NCBI GenBank assembly: GCA_965217035.1 | Contig: OZ244226.1 | Span: 912,146 to 976,145, forward strand | DNA from: Bacteriovoracaceae bacterium | GTDB taxonomy: Bacteria > Bdellovibrionota > Bacteriovoracia > Bacteriovoracales > Bacteriovoracaceae | Length of the DNA stretch: 64,000 nucleotides | Direction of reading: 5' to 3' | Shown: positions 17,948 through 27,452 of the stretch, piece by piece | Layout: each line of letters begins with the position of its first letter | How positions within the stretch are numbered: the stretch's first letter is position 1 | Program-made: the position numbers and the translations under genes | The notes under the pieces: model-generated | The model's database searches: none | The model's input: the letters and a program-made list of their open reading frames with translations, nothing else | Told to the model about the DNA's origin: nothing

Positions 17948-19110
17948 GCAGCTATCTCCTTAGATTCAATTTCATTTATCCAAATCTTAAATTTTGTTCC
18001 TTTTTCTAACTCACTTGATACTTCCACTTGCATGCCATGTGCATCAATTATTTTTTTTACAATCGAAAGACCTATCCCTAATCCGGGTGTATTATGATGT
18101 TCATTTTCAACTCTATAGAATTTTTCAAAAATATTTTTTAAATTTTTTTCAGCTATTCCGATACCGGTATCAGAAACTTCCATAACCCCTTTCCCTGCCT
18201 CTTTATAAAACAAAAGAGAGACCACTCCATTCGATGTAAACTTTCTAGAATTCGTCAAAAGGTTAATAAGACATTGTTTTATTTTATTTAAATCCGCAAA
18301 AAAGTTAAAAGAATCTCTACATTCCACTCTTAAGCTGACCTCCTTGGTTTTAAAGAGAGGACTCATTGTTAGCTTGATTTCATTCGAAATATTTTTACTA
18401 CTAATTTGTCCTTTATTTAATTTTAATTTCTTATCAGCCATCTGAGCAGTTGAAAGCAAGTCCTCTACTTGCTCATTCATCAAAAGAGCATTGTCTAGAA
18501 TAACATTTAAGAATTTCTTTTGTTCTTCACTCAACTCGTCTTCTAACAATAGTTGAGAATAACCTAAAATTGATGCGAGAGGAGTTTTGAGTTCATGAGT
18601 AACATTTGAAATAAAACTTTCTCGAACTTTTGAGTCAAAATATTTTCTAGTCAAGTTTAAAATCAATTGCCGAACTTCTTTATTATCAAATGGTTTTTTC
18701 AAGAACAAGGTTTTTTCAGGAGTACCGACATAATTAACAATTTCTTCTAAATCAATATCTGAATAAGCCGTTACAAGAACTATTTCAACGTCTTTATCAA
18801 CTTCTCTAATCAACTTAATAGTTTCTTTTCCATTAATACCTGGGGGCATTCTAAAATCAACAAAACAAACATTAATAGGATCTCGACTCCTTTGTTGTTC
18901 CTCAACAATTGCCACGCCTTCTTTACCTTGAGATGCAGAGAAAAACCTATAATTATCATTGTAGATTTCTTTCTTATCATTATTAATTCCAAACTCTTCT
19001 AATAAGTTATCTACCTTGCTAAAATTTGATCTCTCATCATTACCAATAAGGCTTTCATAAGCGTTCAAAATATCCTTTTCATCATCTATGAACAAAAGAT
19101 TAAACTTCAT
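17944..19110 (-). CDS. Hybrid receiver-histidine kinase
   Basis: Receiver LFIDDE...VDFRMPPGING...KKPFD with an insertion, then HELKTPL, DTGIG, GLGIGL. Confidence 0.9.
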   Translation of the reverse strand: MKFNLLFIDDEKDILNAYESLIGNDERSNFSKVDNLLEEFGINNDKKEIYNDNYRFFSASQGKEGVAIVEEQQRSRDPINVCFVDFRMPPGINGKETIKLIREVDKDVEIVLVTAYSDIDLEEIVNYVGTPEKTLFLKKPFDNKEVRQLILNLTRKYFDSKVRESFISNVTHELKTPLASILGYSQLLLEDELSEEQKKFLNVILDNALLMNEQVEDLLSTAQMADKKLKLNKGQISSKNISNEIKLTMSPLFKTKEVSLRVECRDSFNFFADLNKIKQCLINLLTNSRKFTSNGVVSLLFYKEAGKGVMEVSDTGIGIAEKNLKNIFEKFYRVENEHHNTPGLGIGLSIVKKIIDAHGMQVEVSSELEKGTKFKIWINEIESKEIAA

Positions 19111-19123
19111 TAACTCTCCTTAT

Positions 19124-19846
19124 TTAAGATGCTTTTTTTATTTTATAGCCTTTCCCATAGATCGATTTAATCTCCAGATCAGAGTTTTTTATTTTTCTCC
19201 TAAGACTACTAATATGAGAATCGACGACTCTATAGTTTGTTTCATCTTTATGATTTCCCGCTATCAAAAATAATCTTTCGCGCGCAACCTCTTCTTCTTG
19301 ATTTCTAATAAGTTCTTCAAGGATTTTCCTTTCAGCTTCAGTTAAAACAAGTTTAGTTCCATTCAAGGAATACTGATTAAGAATCGGATTAAACCCAATT
19401 TCGCCATAACCCGTAGTCGATATCTGGTTTTCTTCTAAGTGATTTCTAAGATTCGTAAGAACACCACGGAGATAACGTATATCAAATGGCTTTTCAATAA
19501 AACTAATCGCTCCTAAAGAAACAGCCATTAACTTTGAATTAAAATCATCTCGCGCAGAGATCATTATTAGGAATGGAGATTGTATAGTTGATTTTGACTT
19601 TATTTCTGCAATAAGCTCATGGCCATTAATTCCTGGAAGGTTGAGGTCAACAATAACAGAAAAAAACTCAATACTTTCGATAAATTCGAAAGCCTCCTCT
19701 CCCGTCTCACAAAGAAAAACCTCAAACTCTTTTTCCAAGGCTCGGCTAATAAGTTCTAATAAATGTCGATTATCTTCAACGACTAATACAGGATATTTCA
19801 TCATAGCCATTATCGGAAACGTATAAAAATTTCTAAACATTTGCAT
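19124..19846 (-). CDS. OmpR-family DNA-binding response regulator (start may be about 12-15 codons downstream)
   Basis: VVEDN...DLNLPGING...KPF, plus winged helix VVDSHISSLRRKI...YGKGY. Confidence 0.9.
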   Translation of the reverse strand: MQMFRNFYTFPIMAMMKYPVLVVEDNRHLLELISRALEKEFEVFLCETGEEAFEFIESIEFFSVIVDLNLPGINGHELIAEIKSKSTIQSPFLIMISARDDFNSKLMAVSLGAISFIEKPFDIRYLRGVLTNLRNHLEENQISTTGYGEIGFNPILNQYSLNGTKLVLTEAERKILEELIRNQEEEVARERLFLIAGNHKDETNYRVVDSHISSLRRKIKNSDLEIKSIYGKGYKIKKAS

Positions 19847-19871
19847 TCGTATTATCTTTCTCCTTGTAATC

Positions 19872-20573
19872 TTAACAATCGACTAATTCACTGCCTGAAA
19901 TTGTCAGACTTCTAATTCGTTTCATTCGACTTTCAGAGAGACCTACAAATTCAACAAGATAATTTTTTTCACCTTTTTCCTTCTTGGTTAGCAAAACTCT
20001 GGCAACAACAACAAACTCAGAACCAATGATTTCGCTCAATTTTTGACTTCTTAAAGTAACAACGTCAGAGGTCTCTAACTCCAACTCAGTATTAAAAATC
20101 GAGCGATTTTCAGAAAGATAAAACATTCTTCCTTCACCTCTATCATCCCCCTTCGAAATTTCAATTCCTAAGTTTGTTTTCACAGAGGCAAATCGCCCTC
20201 CATGATTATCGCTCAAAATAATATCGATTTTTTCTAGAAGTAATTCATTATCAACAGGTTTTACAAGATAATCAACGGCTCCTAGCTCTAAACATTCGTT
20301 AATACTCTCTTCATCATCAAGAGCTGTTAACATACAAACTTTAATGTTATTCTCAAAACATATTTGAAAATGCTTCTTAAGAAATTCTTTTCCATCCATG
20401 ACTGGCATCATCACATCTAATAAAATTAAACTAATTTCTGAATCATGGATAATTTCAGCGACTGCCTCCTTACCATTATCAACAGTAATTACTTCAAACT
20501 TTTCACGCTCAAGCTTTGCTCTTAAGAGATCCTGAATCGATTTTGTATCTTCAACTACTAATATCTTATTCAT
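19872..20573 (-). CDS. Response regulator with a PilZ-like C-terminal domain
   Basis: Receiver VVEDT...LDVMMPVMDG...KPVD. C-terminal RFAS...LSE..., ARVL...YLVEFVGLSE resembles a degenerate PilZ. Confidence 0.8.
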   Translation of the reverse strand: MNKILVVEDTKSIQDLLRAKLEREKFEVITVDNGKEAVAEIIHDSEISLILLDVMMPVMDGKEFLKKHFQICFENNIKVCMLTALDDEESINECLELGAVDYLVKPVDNELLLEKIDIILSDNHGGRFASVKTNLGIEISKGDDRGEGRMFYLSENRSIFNTELELETSDVVTLRSQKLSEIIGSEFVVVARVLLTKKEKGEKNYLVEFVGLSESRMKRIRSLTISGSELVDC

Positions 20574-20582
20574 CTCTTTCCC

Positions 20583-21182
20583 TTAATCGTGAAGTCGCCT
20601 TCCTTGAATGGAAGCTTTTCCATTCACCATTCGAACCGTCTCCACTCTAAAAAGAAAGCTGCTATCTCTTCTCCTGAGCTTGATGATTGAGTTCGAAGGA
20701 ATATCCATATTACTTACAAGATGGATCTCGTGATCATTCTCTTTAATTATTTCAAAGTCTGTTAGTACTTCATTTATATTGTAAACCGAAGCTAATTGTC
20801 TGATTGTTTTTTTGCGAGAGCAAACTGTTTCAATATTTATTACTAATGATTGCAAATCATAATCTTTCGGGAAATAGCCGATGACCGGAGCTCCTTCAAA
20901 TTCTTTTAAAAGAGCATCATCTAGAATTGAGGTCAAAACACAAACATAAGGTCTTTTTGTATCTTCAATTTTTTCAAATTCTCTTAAAAAGTCTCCACCA
21001 CTCATGACAGGCATCATGATATCTAGTAAAACAAGATCAAAAAATTCGGGATTTTCTTTTAATATATTAATCCCCTCCAAGCCATTAAAAGTATTTACTG
21101 TTTTATAACCTGATTTTTTAAGAGTTTTATCTAGTAAAAAATGATAATCCCAATTATCCTCAACGATTAATATATTTCTCAA
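20583..21182 (-). CDS. Response regulator with an unknown C-terminal domain
   Basis: TTG start at 21182 after AAGGAG. ILIVEDN...LDIMMPVMSG...PK. Confidence 0.8.
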   Translation of the reverse strand: MRNILIVEDNWDYHFLLDKTLKKSGYKTVNTFNGLEGINILKENPEFFDLVLLDIMMPVMSGGDFLREFEKIEDTKRPYVCVLTSILDDALLKEFEGAPVIGYFPKDYDLQSLVINIETVCSRKKTIRQLASVYNINEVLTDFEIIKENDHEIHLVSNMDIPSNSIIKLRRRDSSFLFRVETVRMVNGKASIQGRRLHD

Positions 21183-21570
21183 TTTTGTCTCCTTTTCTAA
21201 GTTACGTCCCACTAAGGATCTAAGAAAAGTATGCCAGGAAATAATGAAGTGATTGTTAAGAAATATGAAGATTTCTTCATATTTAAAAAAGTAACAAAAT
21301 TTCACACAAATTCATTGAGTTAAAGCTTTTGCTGAACTCGATTCCTACTGCAAAGATAAAGCGAGCAAAAAAGTATCGGGAAGTCCTCTTATCGAAATAA
21401 CTCAGAGATTCCCAATCAATAAAAAAATCTGAAACTTTTATATACTTTAAATAAATTCTTTTTCGTGACGGATCTTCATGCTATAGATGAGTTCAATTTT
21501 AATTGAATTCCAAACTCTGTCAGAGAAGAAACAGAGCAGCTTTGAGACAATATCAATTTAGGAGTAAAAT

Positions 21571-21942
21571 ATGAAACAAGTCATTTTAACTTTAACTTTA
21601 TTGACATCTTTCAGCAGCCTTTCTGCGACAGCGGAAGTATTTTGCAAGAACGAATATGGTATAAAAAATGTTCTTTCTAGTGATGGTTGGAAATGTAGAG
21701 ATAGCTTTTTTTATGATGCAGAAGGAACAGCTTGTTTTACAGGAAACAGAGGTGAAGCAATAGATATTTTAAATAGCCTTAATCAAGATGGTTATTTTTA
21801 TGGCGCTGATGGACAATCTATCTATGATGCTCATTATAAAGGAAGAAACGAGATTTCTTACACTTATGCTGACGCTGTTAATGACCTAACTGAAAATGTT
21901 ACATTAAAGCGCTGTACTTCAAGTTTCTTTCAAAACAACTAA
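21571..21942 (+). CDS. Small secreted Cys-containing hypothetical protein
   Basis: RBS AGGAG, signal peptide, 4 Cys, followed by a terminator. Confidence 0.8.
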   Translation: MKQVILTLTLLTSFSSLSATAEVFCKNEYGIKNVLSSDGWKCRDSFFYDAEGTACFTGNRGEAIDILNSLNQDGYFYGADGQSIYDAHYKGRNEISYTYADAVNDLTENVTLKRCTSSFFQNN

Positions 21943-21974
21943 ATTAGTAAAAATCTAATATTGAATAACTAGCT

Positions 21975-22020
21975 AATAACAAACGCCGAGGAATTTCTTC
22001 TCGGCGTTTGTTATTTTTTT
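21975..22020 (+). terminator. Rho-independent terminator
   Basis: 16-bp perfect stem AATAACAAACGCCGAG/CTCGGCGTTTGTTATT followed by a T-run. Confidence 0.85.
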
Positions 22021-22274
22021 AAAGGTCTGTAATAAATGCCACGTCTTTAAAAACAACCTTTATTGTTTTGGTTCTTACAATAAAGATTCTCTCAATGAAA
22101 TTTTATCAATGCTTCTATAGATTTTTTTAAGATATAGCACTATTTAAAACCTGAGATAGGTAGATTATTCCATTTTTTCAGATTTTTTATTTGATGACTT
22201 CAGTTTAATTAAGAAAACTTCGAAGATATAAAGGATATAAAGAGTGATTTTTCGTAAAAAGGAATTCAACTATT

Positions 22275-22868
22275 ATGGATAAGAGAGTTTTTTTATTAAT
22301 GGGAATAGCACTAGGATTTGTTATCTTCCAAAAGAATGATGTAATAAAAAAAGAAGTTGAAGTAAAACCAAAGATCACAAAGCAATATTTAAAGAACAAT
22401 TCGCTTGCTAAAAGCACTGGCAATAATTTAAAGAGAAGAGCTCAAAACAAAGAAAAAATTATAAAAAAGAGAGTTGGTGCTTCTTTAGAAAAGAATATAA
22501 ATACTAGGCAAGAAAAAAAAATCAAAGACAGAATAGCACAAGAAAGTAGTTTCTTTCACCTTAAGAGCAAAATTGTACATGAGAACTACGGCGGGGATTT
22601 AGAAAGATTTTACTTAGAAGAGCTCGACCTTTCGCCTGAAAGAGCAGAAAAACTGGCTTCTTTTGAAAAGAAATATTATCAAGAAAGACATAATAGGCTT
22701 GAAAAAATCATGCGCGAACGGGAGAACTCAGCTCAAAAAGTGGTTATTTTTTCAGATGATGAGTCAGAGGAAGTAAAACAAGACGAGGTCGCTTTTAGAG
22801 AAAAAATAAAAGAAAATCTAACTCGAGAAGAATACCAAAGGCTAAATTCACTTGTACAAGACCAATGA
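22275..22868 (+). CDS. Membrane-anchored, charged helical hypothetical protein
   Basis: N-terminal TM/signal followed by K/E-rich helices. Confidence 0.7.
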   Translation: MDKRVFLLMGIALGFVIFQKNDVIKKEVEVKPKITKQYLKNNSLAKSTGNNLKRRAQNKEKIIKKRVGASLEKNINTRQEKKIKDRIAQESSFFHLKSKIVHENYGGDLERFYLEELDLSPERAEKLASFEKKYYQERHNRLEKIMRERENSAQKVVIFSDDESEEVKQDEVAFREKIKENLTREEYQRLNSLVQDQ

Positions 22869-22931
22869 TTTTAATAATGGCCCAGAGACCATTCTGAACC
22901 ATTATTTTTTGTTGATTATAAATATTTAAGT

Positions 22932-23195
22932 CTAATACTCTATTCCTACAACTTGCCCATCGCTAAACTGGGCAGTGCAAAGTCCCTGAAATCCATTAGC
23001 TCCACCGTGATCTAAACAAAACCAACCAGAACATTCAACTCCTAGCATTCCGAGCCCAACTACTTCTGCGACATTATCAGTAGCAAAATAATCATATCCA
23101 CCTTCACCGTTAGAGGTCCTACAAGCATATCCGTCACCGTTGGCAAAAGTCGACAATGAAAACAAAGCGAAAACAAAGACAGTGAATTTTTTCAT
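22932..23195 (-). CDS. Small secreted Gly/Cys-rich peptide
   Basis: RBS AAGGAG, signal MKKFTVFVFALFSLSTFA, 4 Cys in a 69-aa mature part. Confidence 0.75.
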   Translation of the reverse strand: MKKFTVFVFALFSLSTFANGDGYACRTSNGEGGYDYFATDNVAEVVGLGMLGVECSGWFCLDHGGANGFQGLCTAQFSDGQVVGIEY

Positions 23196-23502
23196 AGTAA
23201 TTCTCCTTTTTGAAAAAACCTCGATAGGTTTTTTTCGGATAAAAGGATAAAAGGATTTAGAAAGGAATATAGTTTTATTCCAATCTTAATGACAACTAAA
23301 CAGAGAAAAATACTCAGGAAAAGACTATTCCATTTCCAAAGCACTTAATTGAAAAATCTTGCTTAAATTCACAAAACGATTTTTTCTCTTTAGTTTATAA
23401 ATTATAACTACAAACTTAAAAGGGTGAGTGTTTTTTAAGCTTAATCGCTTCTGTCATATTTTCAATTAGCAAATCATACTTATTTTGGATAACACAGTTT
23501 TT

Positions 23503-23546
23503 AAGACTAGATAATTTAAAAAATTGTTTATTATCTAGTCTTTTTT
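23503..23546 (+). terminator. Terminator-like hairpin with no upstream + strand gene
   Basis: AAGACTAGATAAT/ATTATCTAGTCTT followed by TTTT. Confidence 0.5.
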
Positions 23547-23643
23547 ATTTAGAAGCTCAATTTGACCCCACCTCCACCGACAGCAGCTGAATTTTCGATT
23601 GAAGAGCTTCTCTACGGATCTCAGAAAAACAAACTTGATGAGC

Positions 23644-23677
23644 AAAAAAAGAGGCTGGTTAAATGCTCCCAGCCTCT
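23644..23677 (-). terminator. Rho-independent terminator of the 24183 gene
   Basis: AGAGGCTGG/CCAGCCTCT stem followed on the minus strand by a T7 run. Confidence 0.75.
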
Positions 23678-23784
23678 ATGAATTGACATGAATTTATAAT
23701 CCTAGAATTTTTAAATTATACATAACCTCTTAGCTTCTGAGACTTTTCTAAATCTAAATGAACAAGTCCTTAGCCTTAAGAGAT

Positions 23785-24183
23785 CTACAGCCCTTTAATA
23801 CTTCCTGTGTCAATTTCGTTGCTGTCATTAATTTCGAATTCGACATCTTTTCCTTCTCGAAGTAAATTTGTAATTTTTCCACAATTGTAATAACTAATTT
23901 TTTCAAGTGTCACATCATGATCTAGCAACTCAATTTCCCCAGATGAATTATCTTCATCACTCCCAGGTATGTGAGGATAAATAGAACAATAAATTCCAAC
24001 TACTCCATTTTCTTCGCTATTAACATAAGTTCGATAAGTTCCAAATCCACTAGTTTCACCACTCCAGCCTCCAGTAGTTCTAATCGAATCTTGAGCCTCA
24101 AAACCTTCTGATAAAAGCTTGATTGTGTCTGCTGCTACATTAAAACTTGCAGCGATTAAACTTAGTAATAATAATTTCTTCAT
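23785..24183 (-). CDS. Secreted acidic hypothetical protein
   Basis: Start moved to MKKLLLLSLIAASFNVAA after GGAG. Confidence 0.75.
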   Translation of the reverse strand: MKKLLLLSLIAASFNVAADTIKLLSEGFEAQDSIRTTGGWSGETSGFGTYRTYVNSEENGVVGIYCSIYPHIPGSDEDNSSGEIELLDHDVTLEKISYYNCGKITNLLREGKDVEFEINDSNEIDTGSIKGL

Positions 24184-24512
24184 TTTAATCTCCATCGAAC
24201 TACTGTTCATTAAGTTAATGCCAAAAGTATGGCCTTTAAATATAAATTCCTAACTTTGCTGAACATAGCACAAAAATGCTTCGCCGCAGCTTTTTTGTAA
24301 CAATTACACCATTCGATTTTAACAAAGACATGAGAGTCCTTTAGATTACACTTCATAGACTAAGGGATTCATGCACCCAAAAATCAAGCTTAAGTGGTGC
24401 ACTTCAATTATCAGGCTTTATTCACACTTTTTATGAATTTTTTCTAGAACTAGAAACATCTTCTAGTCCCTTTAACTATTAAATTCTGCTTTGTAGGAAA
24501 AGGAGGTATTTT

Positions 24513-24647
24513 ATGCCAAAAACAACCACAAACATGTCTTGGTTGGACTCTCAAGGCAACAAACTCCCTGATGCGAAAATCAGTGAACTTGGACAACACT
24601 GGGATTAAAAGACCTGGAATGAGTTCTTAAAGGACGAAATTTACTAA
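24513..24647 (+). pseudogene. Truncated gene remnant with an in-frame stop
   Basis: Perfect RBS AGGAGGT, then MPKTTTNMSWLDSQGNKLPDAKISELGQHWD*KTWNEFLKDEIY*. Confidence 0.5.
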
Positions 24648-24723
24648 TAATGATTTAAAGCCTTATCGCTTTGCTAAGAGGCAAGAACGGGGTGTATCAG
24701 CAATGAAAAAGGCTATTACCTCG

Positions 24724-25173
24724 TTAATTTGCACTGTAGCTGCATTCTATCGAATGATATATACCTTCTGCTACTTTCTGATCTAACGTAAAATGCTTCG
24801 AGCTATTTACTCTTAACTCGGATCTACCAGTTTTAACCAAAGTAAGACCTACTTCACTGGGAACAAGCCCTAGAGTTTCTGAGACAACTTCATATGTCTG
24901 GTTATCAATTCTTCTGGAGTAGTTGATAAATTCTTTTTTTCCCTGTTCATCTTTTTCAACAGCACTAAGAAAAATTCCCCGCTTCAGTGGAAACAAAATG
25001 GCACTTCCGTCGGGGAGATCTATTTTAAACTTATCTCCTAAAGAAAATACTTTAGTAGTCTTTTCACTCCCTTCCAGTGTTTTGCATTGGTAAGTCCCGT
25101 TTTTCAACTGAAGATCCGCTGCATTTACGTAAATCGAAAATGTAATAAATAATGAAATGACTTTCTTCATCAA
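24724..25173 (-). CDS. Secreted hypothetical protein (beta-rich)
   Basis: RBS GGGGAG, signal peptide, GTYQC...IECSY Cys pair. Confidence 0.75.
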   Translation of the reverse strand: MMKKVISLFITFSIYVNAADLQLKNGTYQCKTLEGSEKTTKVFSLGDKFKIDLPDGSAILFPLKRGIFLSAVEKDEQGKKEFINYSRRIDNQTYEVVSETLGLVPSEVGLTLVKTGRSELRVNSSKHFTLDQKVAEGIYHSIECSYSAN

Positions 25174-25922
25174 AGACTCCCCTTTAAACCTGTAGACAAA
25201 TTATAACTTTAATTTGAAACCTTTATCTTTCTGTTACCCACAAATTACACGGTGACGATTTTTTGGACAGTGAATCTTATCAATACCGTTGCCTTAAGCG
25301 TACATAAAGCTTAGAAAAATTCTACATGCAAACTGCTTATTCACATCTATGCGATTTGTAATTGCTGAATGAATTCTGCTCTTAAGCTCTTTTTCTTTGA
25401 TCCAAGCACCAAAGTAAATCTCTTCAAATTTCGCTCTCGCCTGACAGCAAGTCACAGCAGCAGCCATACTACCATTAGCCGAAGAAGATCTAAAGAACGG
25501 TCAGACTACTTTAGTTCTTCCAGCTTTGAAATATACCCAAGATTGAATTTTAAATCTTTTTAAGTGGAACATTTTCCTCTAAAAATAAAAGTCTAAAATT
25601 TTAAGCGTTGAGGATACGCCCTACAACACTCATTAAAATAATACTAAAGCTAGCCTAGAAAATAATCATCAGTTTCTTACTCGAAATTCTTCTAATAATA
25701 TATCGACTCCCAGAATATTCAATTCTTTGAAGAAAATCAGAATCAGCTAAAAGTTCTCCTTGATCCGTTTTATAAATACTCGAAAAGACTGCTTTGAATT
25801 TTCCATCATGCGTGAACTTTCCAATATCAAGATAAACAAACTCATGTTCTTTTGGATTGACGGAGATTTTTGTAACGAGATCGTTCCCTTCTGAACTACC
25901 AAAATACTATAACCAAAGAAAC

Positions 25923-25930
25923 TCGAGTTC
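25923..25930 (+). repeat. ISL3 target-site duplication, left copy (right copy 27267-27274)
   Basis: TCGAGTTC is identical on both sides. Confidence 0.85.
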
Positions 25931-27266
25931 CGGTCTTCACACTTCAAGGTGTACTCGCCGCATCAATTCTAAATAAGCAGGCATAAGAAATTCAACCGGT
26001 TAGAATTTTAATACCACTCAAAATTTTAACTGGAGAACACTTATGCCCAACTCAAAACTTACTCAATTTCTTCTGTTACCGAAACTAAAATTAGTAAGAT
26101 TCGCTCAATTCAAGAAAGAAATCATCTTTATTTGTGAGTCCAAGAGCAAATCTCTATGGTGCCCTCACTGTGGACTAGAATGCTCAAAAGTTCATGATCG
26201 AAGGACTGTTATCATTAAAGATGCTCCCTATGTCGGAAAAGTTAAAATTCTCAAAATCAAAAAGAAGCGATTTAGATGCTGTGGATGTAAAAAAGTAACT
26301 ACTGAAACTATCCCAGGGATTAGTAAACATGCTCGAATTACTGAGCGCCTGCAACGAAACCTTCTCTACATTTGCGATAAATTTGCCAACATGAAAGCTG
26401 CCAGGAAGCATCTTAAACTTGGTAATAAAACGATCTATGAAAGACATTACAGACAACTAGAACTTGAATGGAGAAAAAAGAAAAACAATCCATGGCCACG
26501 AAGTATTGGAATCGATGAGCATAGCTTCATACGTAATAAACAGTACAGTAGACGAGAGTTTGTCACTTTGATTGTCGATCACAATAACAAAAAAGCTAAA
26601 GAGTTAATTCCCACCAGAACATCATTGCAGTTAAAGCAAGCTCTCGCTTATATCCCTGGAAGAGAAAACGTCAGAAACATTACCATGGATCTCTCAACAA
26701 CTTACCGCAGTTTTGCCAGAGACTTTTTTCCAAGAGCGAGAATTATAGCCGATAAGTTCCACGTTATTAGACTTCCTAATCGTATTCTTGATCTTTATCG
26801 AAACAAAGAATTTAAAAGTAAAAAATTAAAGCTTAGAAAGTTTTTGCTCATGGACTCCAAGAAGATGGATTACTGGACTAGAATACAGTTCCAAAAAGAG
26901 CTAAAAAAGTACCCAGAACTTAATGAGATTTACTGGGTGAAAGAATCGATTCATAAGTTTTATGGTTGTAAAGGAGTTAAGCGTGCAAGAAAGAGTCTGC
27001 AAAACCTCACAGACTCTCTTGCCCTTAGTTCAATTCCTGAGCTTAAAAAGCTCAGAAGAACGCTCATGAACTGGCGTGAAGAGATTCTTAACTACTTTGA
27101 AAATCGCTTGACCAATGCTAGAACCGAGGGGTTTAACAATGTCTGCAAGCAGCTGCAGAGGCGTGCTTACGGATATAAGAGCTTTATAAACTACCGGTTA
27201 AAAGTTCTTTATGCCTGTTCTTAAGGGATTGAGTGCGGTGTGTTCCACCATGAAGTGTGTAGAGTC
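25931..27266 (+). mobile_element. ISL3-family insertion sequence (1336 bp)
   Basis: Imperfect terminal IRs CGGTCTTCACACTTCAAGGTG and (reverse complement) GACTCTACACACTTCATGGTG, flanked by the 8-bp direct repeat TCGAGTTC. Confidence 0.9.
26043..27224 (+). CDS. ISL3 DDE transposase
   Basis: Zn finger CPHCG...RFRCCGC, IGIDE, TMDLS, ADKFHV, TNARTEGFN...RRAYGY. Confidence 0.95.
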   Translation: MPNSKLTQFLLLPKLKLVRFAQFKKEIIFICESKSKSLWCPHCGLECSKVHDRRTVIIKDAPYVGKVKILKIKKKRFRCCGCKKVTTETIPGISKHARITERLQRNLLYICDKFANMKAARKHLKLGNKTIYERHYRQLELEWRKKKNNPWPRSIGIDEHSFIRNKQYSRREFVTLIVDHNNKKAKELIPTRTSLQLKQALAYIPGRENVRNITMDLSTTYRSFARDFFPRARIIADKFHVIRLPNRILDLYRNKEFKSKKLKLRKFLLMDSKKMDYWTRIQFQKELKKYPELNEIYWVKESIHKFYGCKGVKRARKSLQNLTDSLALSSIPELKKLRRTLMNWREEILNYFENRLTNARTEGFNNVCKQLQRRAYGYKSFINYRLKVLYACS

Positions 27267-27357
27267 TCGAGTTCTGTAAACTTTTAAGAAATTTCCCATT
27301 TTTATAAACTTCTACAGAGGATGTTCATTTAAAAATGGTCTAAAATTTTTAAGTGAG

Positions 27358-27433
27358 TGGTGGGCGTTGACGGGATCGAACCGCCGACATCCACCTTGTA
27401 AGGGTGGCGCTCTCCCAGCTGAGCTAAACGCCC
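27358..27433 (-). tRNA. tRNA-Val (anticodon TAC)
   Basis: GGGCGTTTAGCTCAGCTGGGAGAGCGCCACCCTTACAAGGTGGATGTCGGCGGTTCGATCCCGTCAACGCCCACCA: 76-nt cloverleaf with encoded CCA. Confidence 0.97.
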
Positions 27434-27452
27434 ACATTTTTATAGTTCGAAT

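Noticed and set aside
21183..21305. 41-aa N-terminal extension of the response regulator
   Set aside because: A strong AAGGAG precedes TTG at 21182, and the extension is not receiver-like.
21400..25930. CRISPR array, integron attC array or prophage
   Set aside because: No regularly spaced repeats, the hairpins are unrelated in sequence, and there are no cas, integrase or phage genes.
25369..25947. ORFs 25369-25563 (+) and 25747-25947 (-) as real genes
   Set aside because: No RBS or motif. The second starts inside the IS end. They are better explained as decayed sequence.
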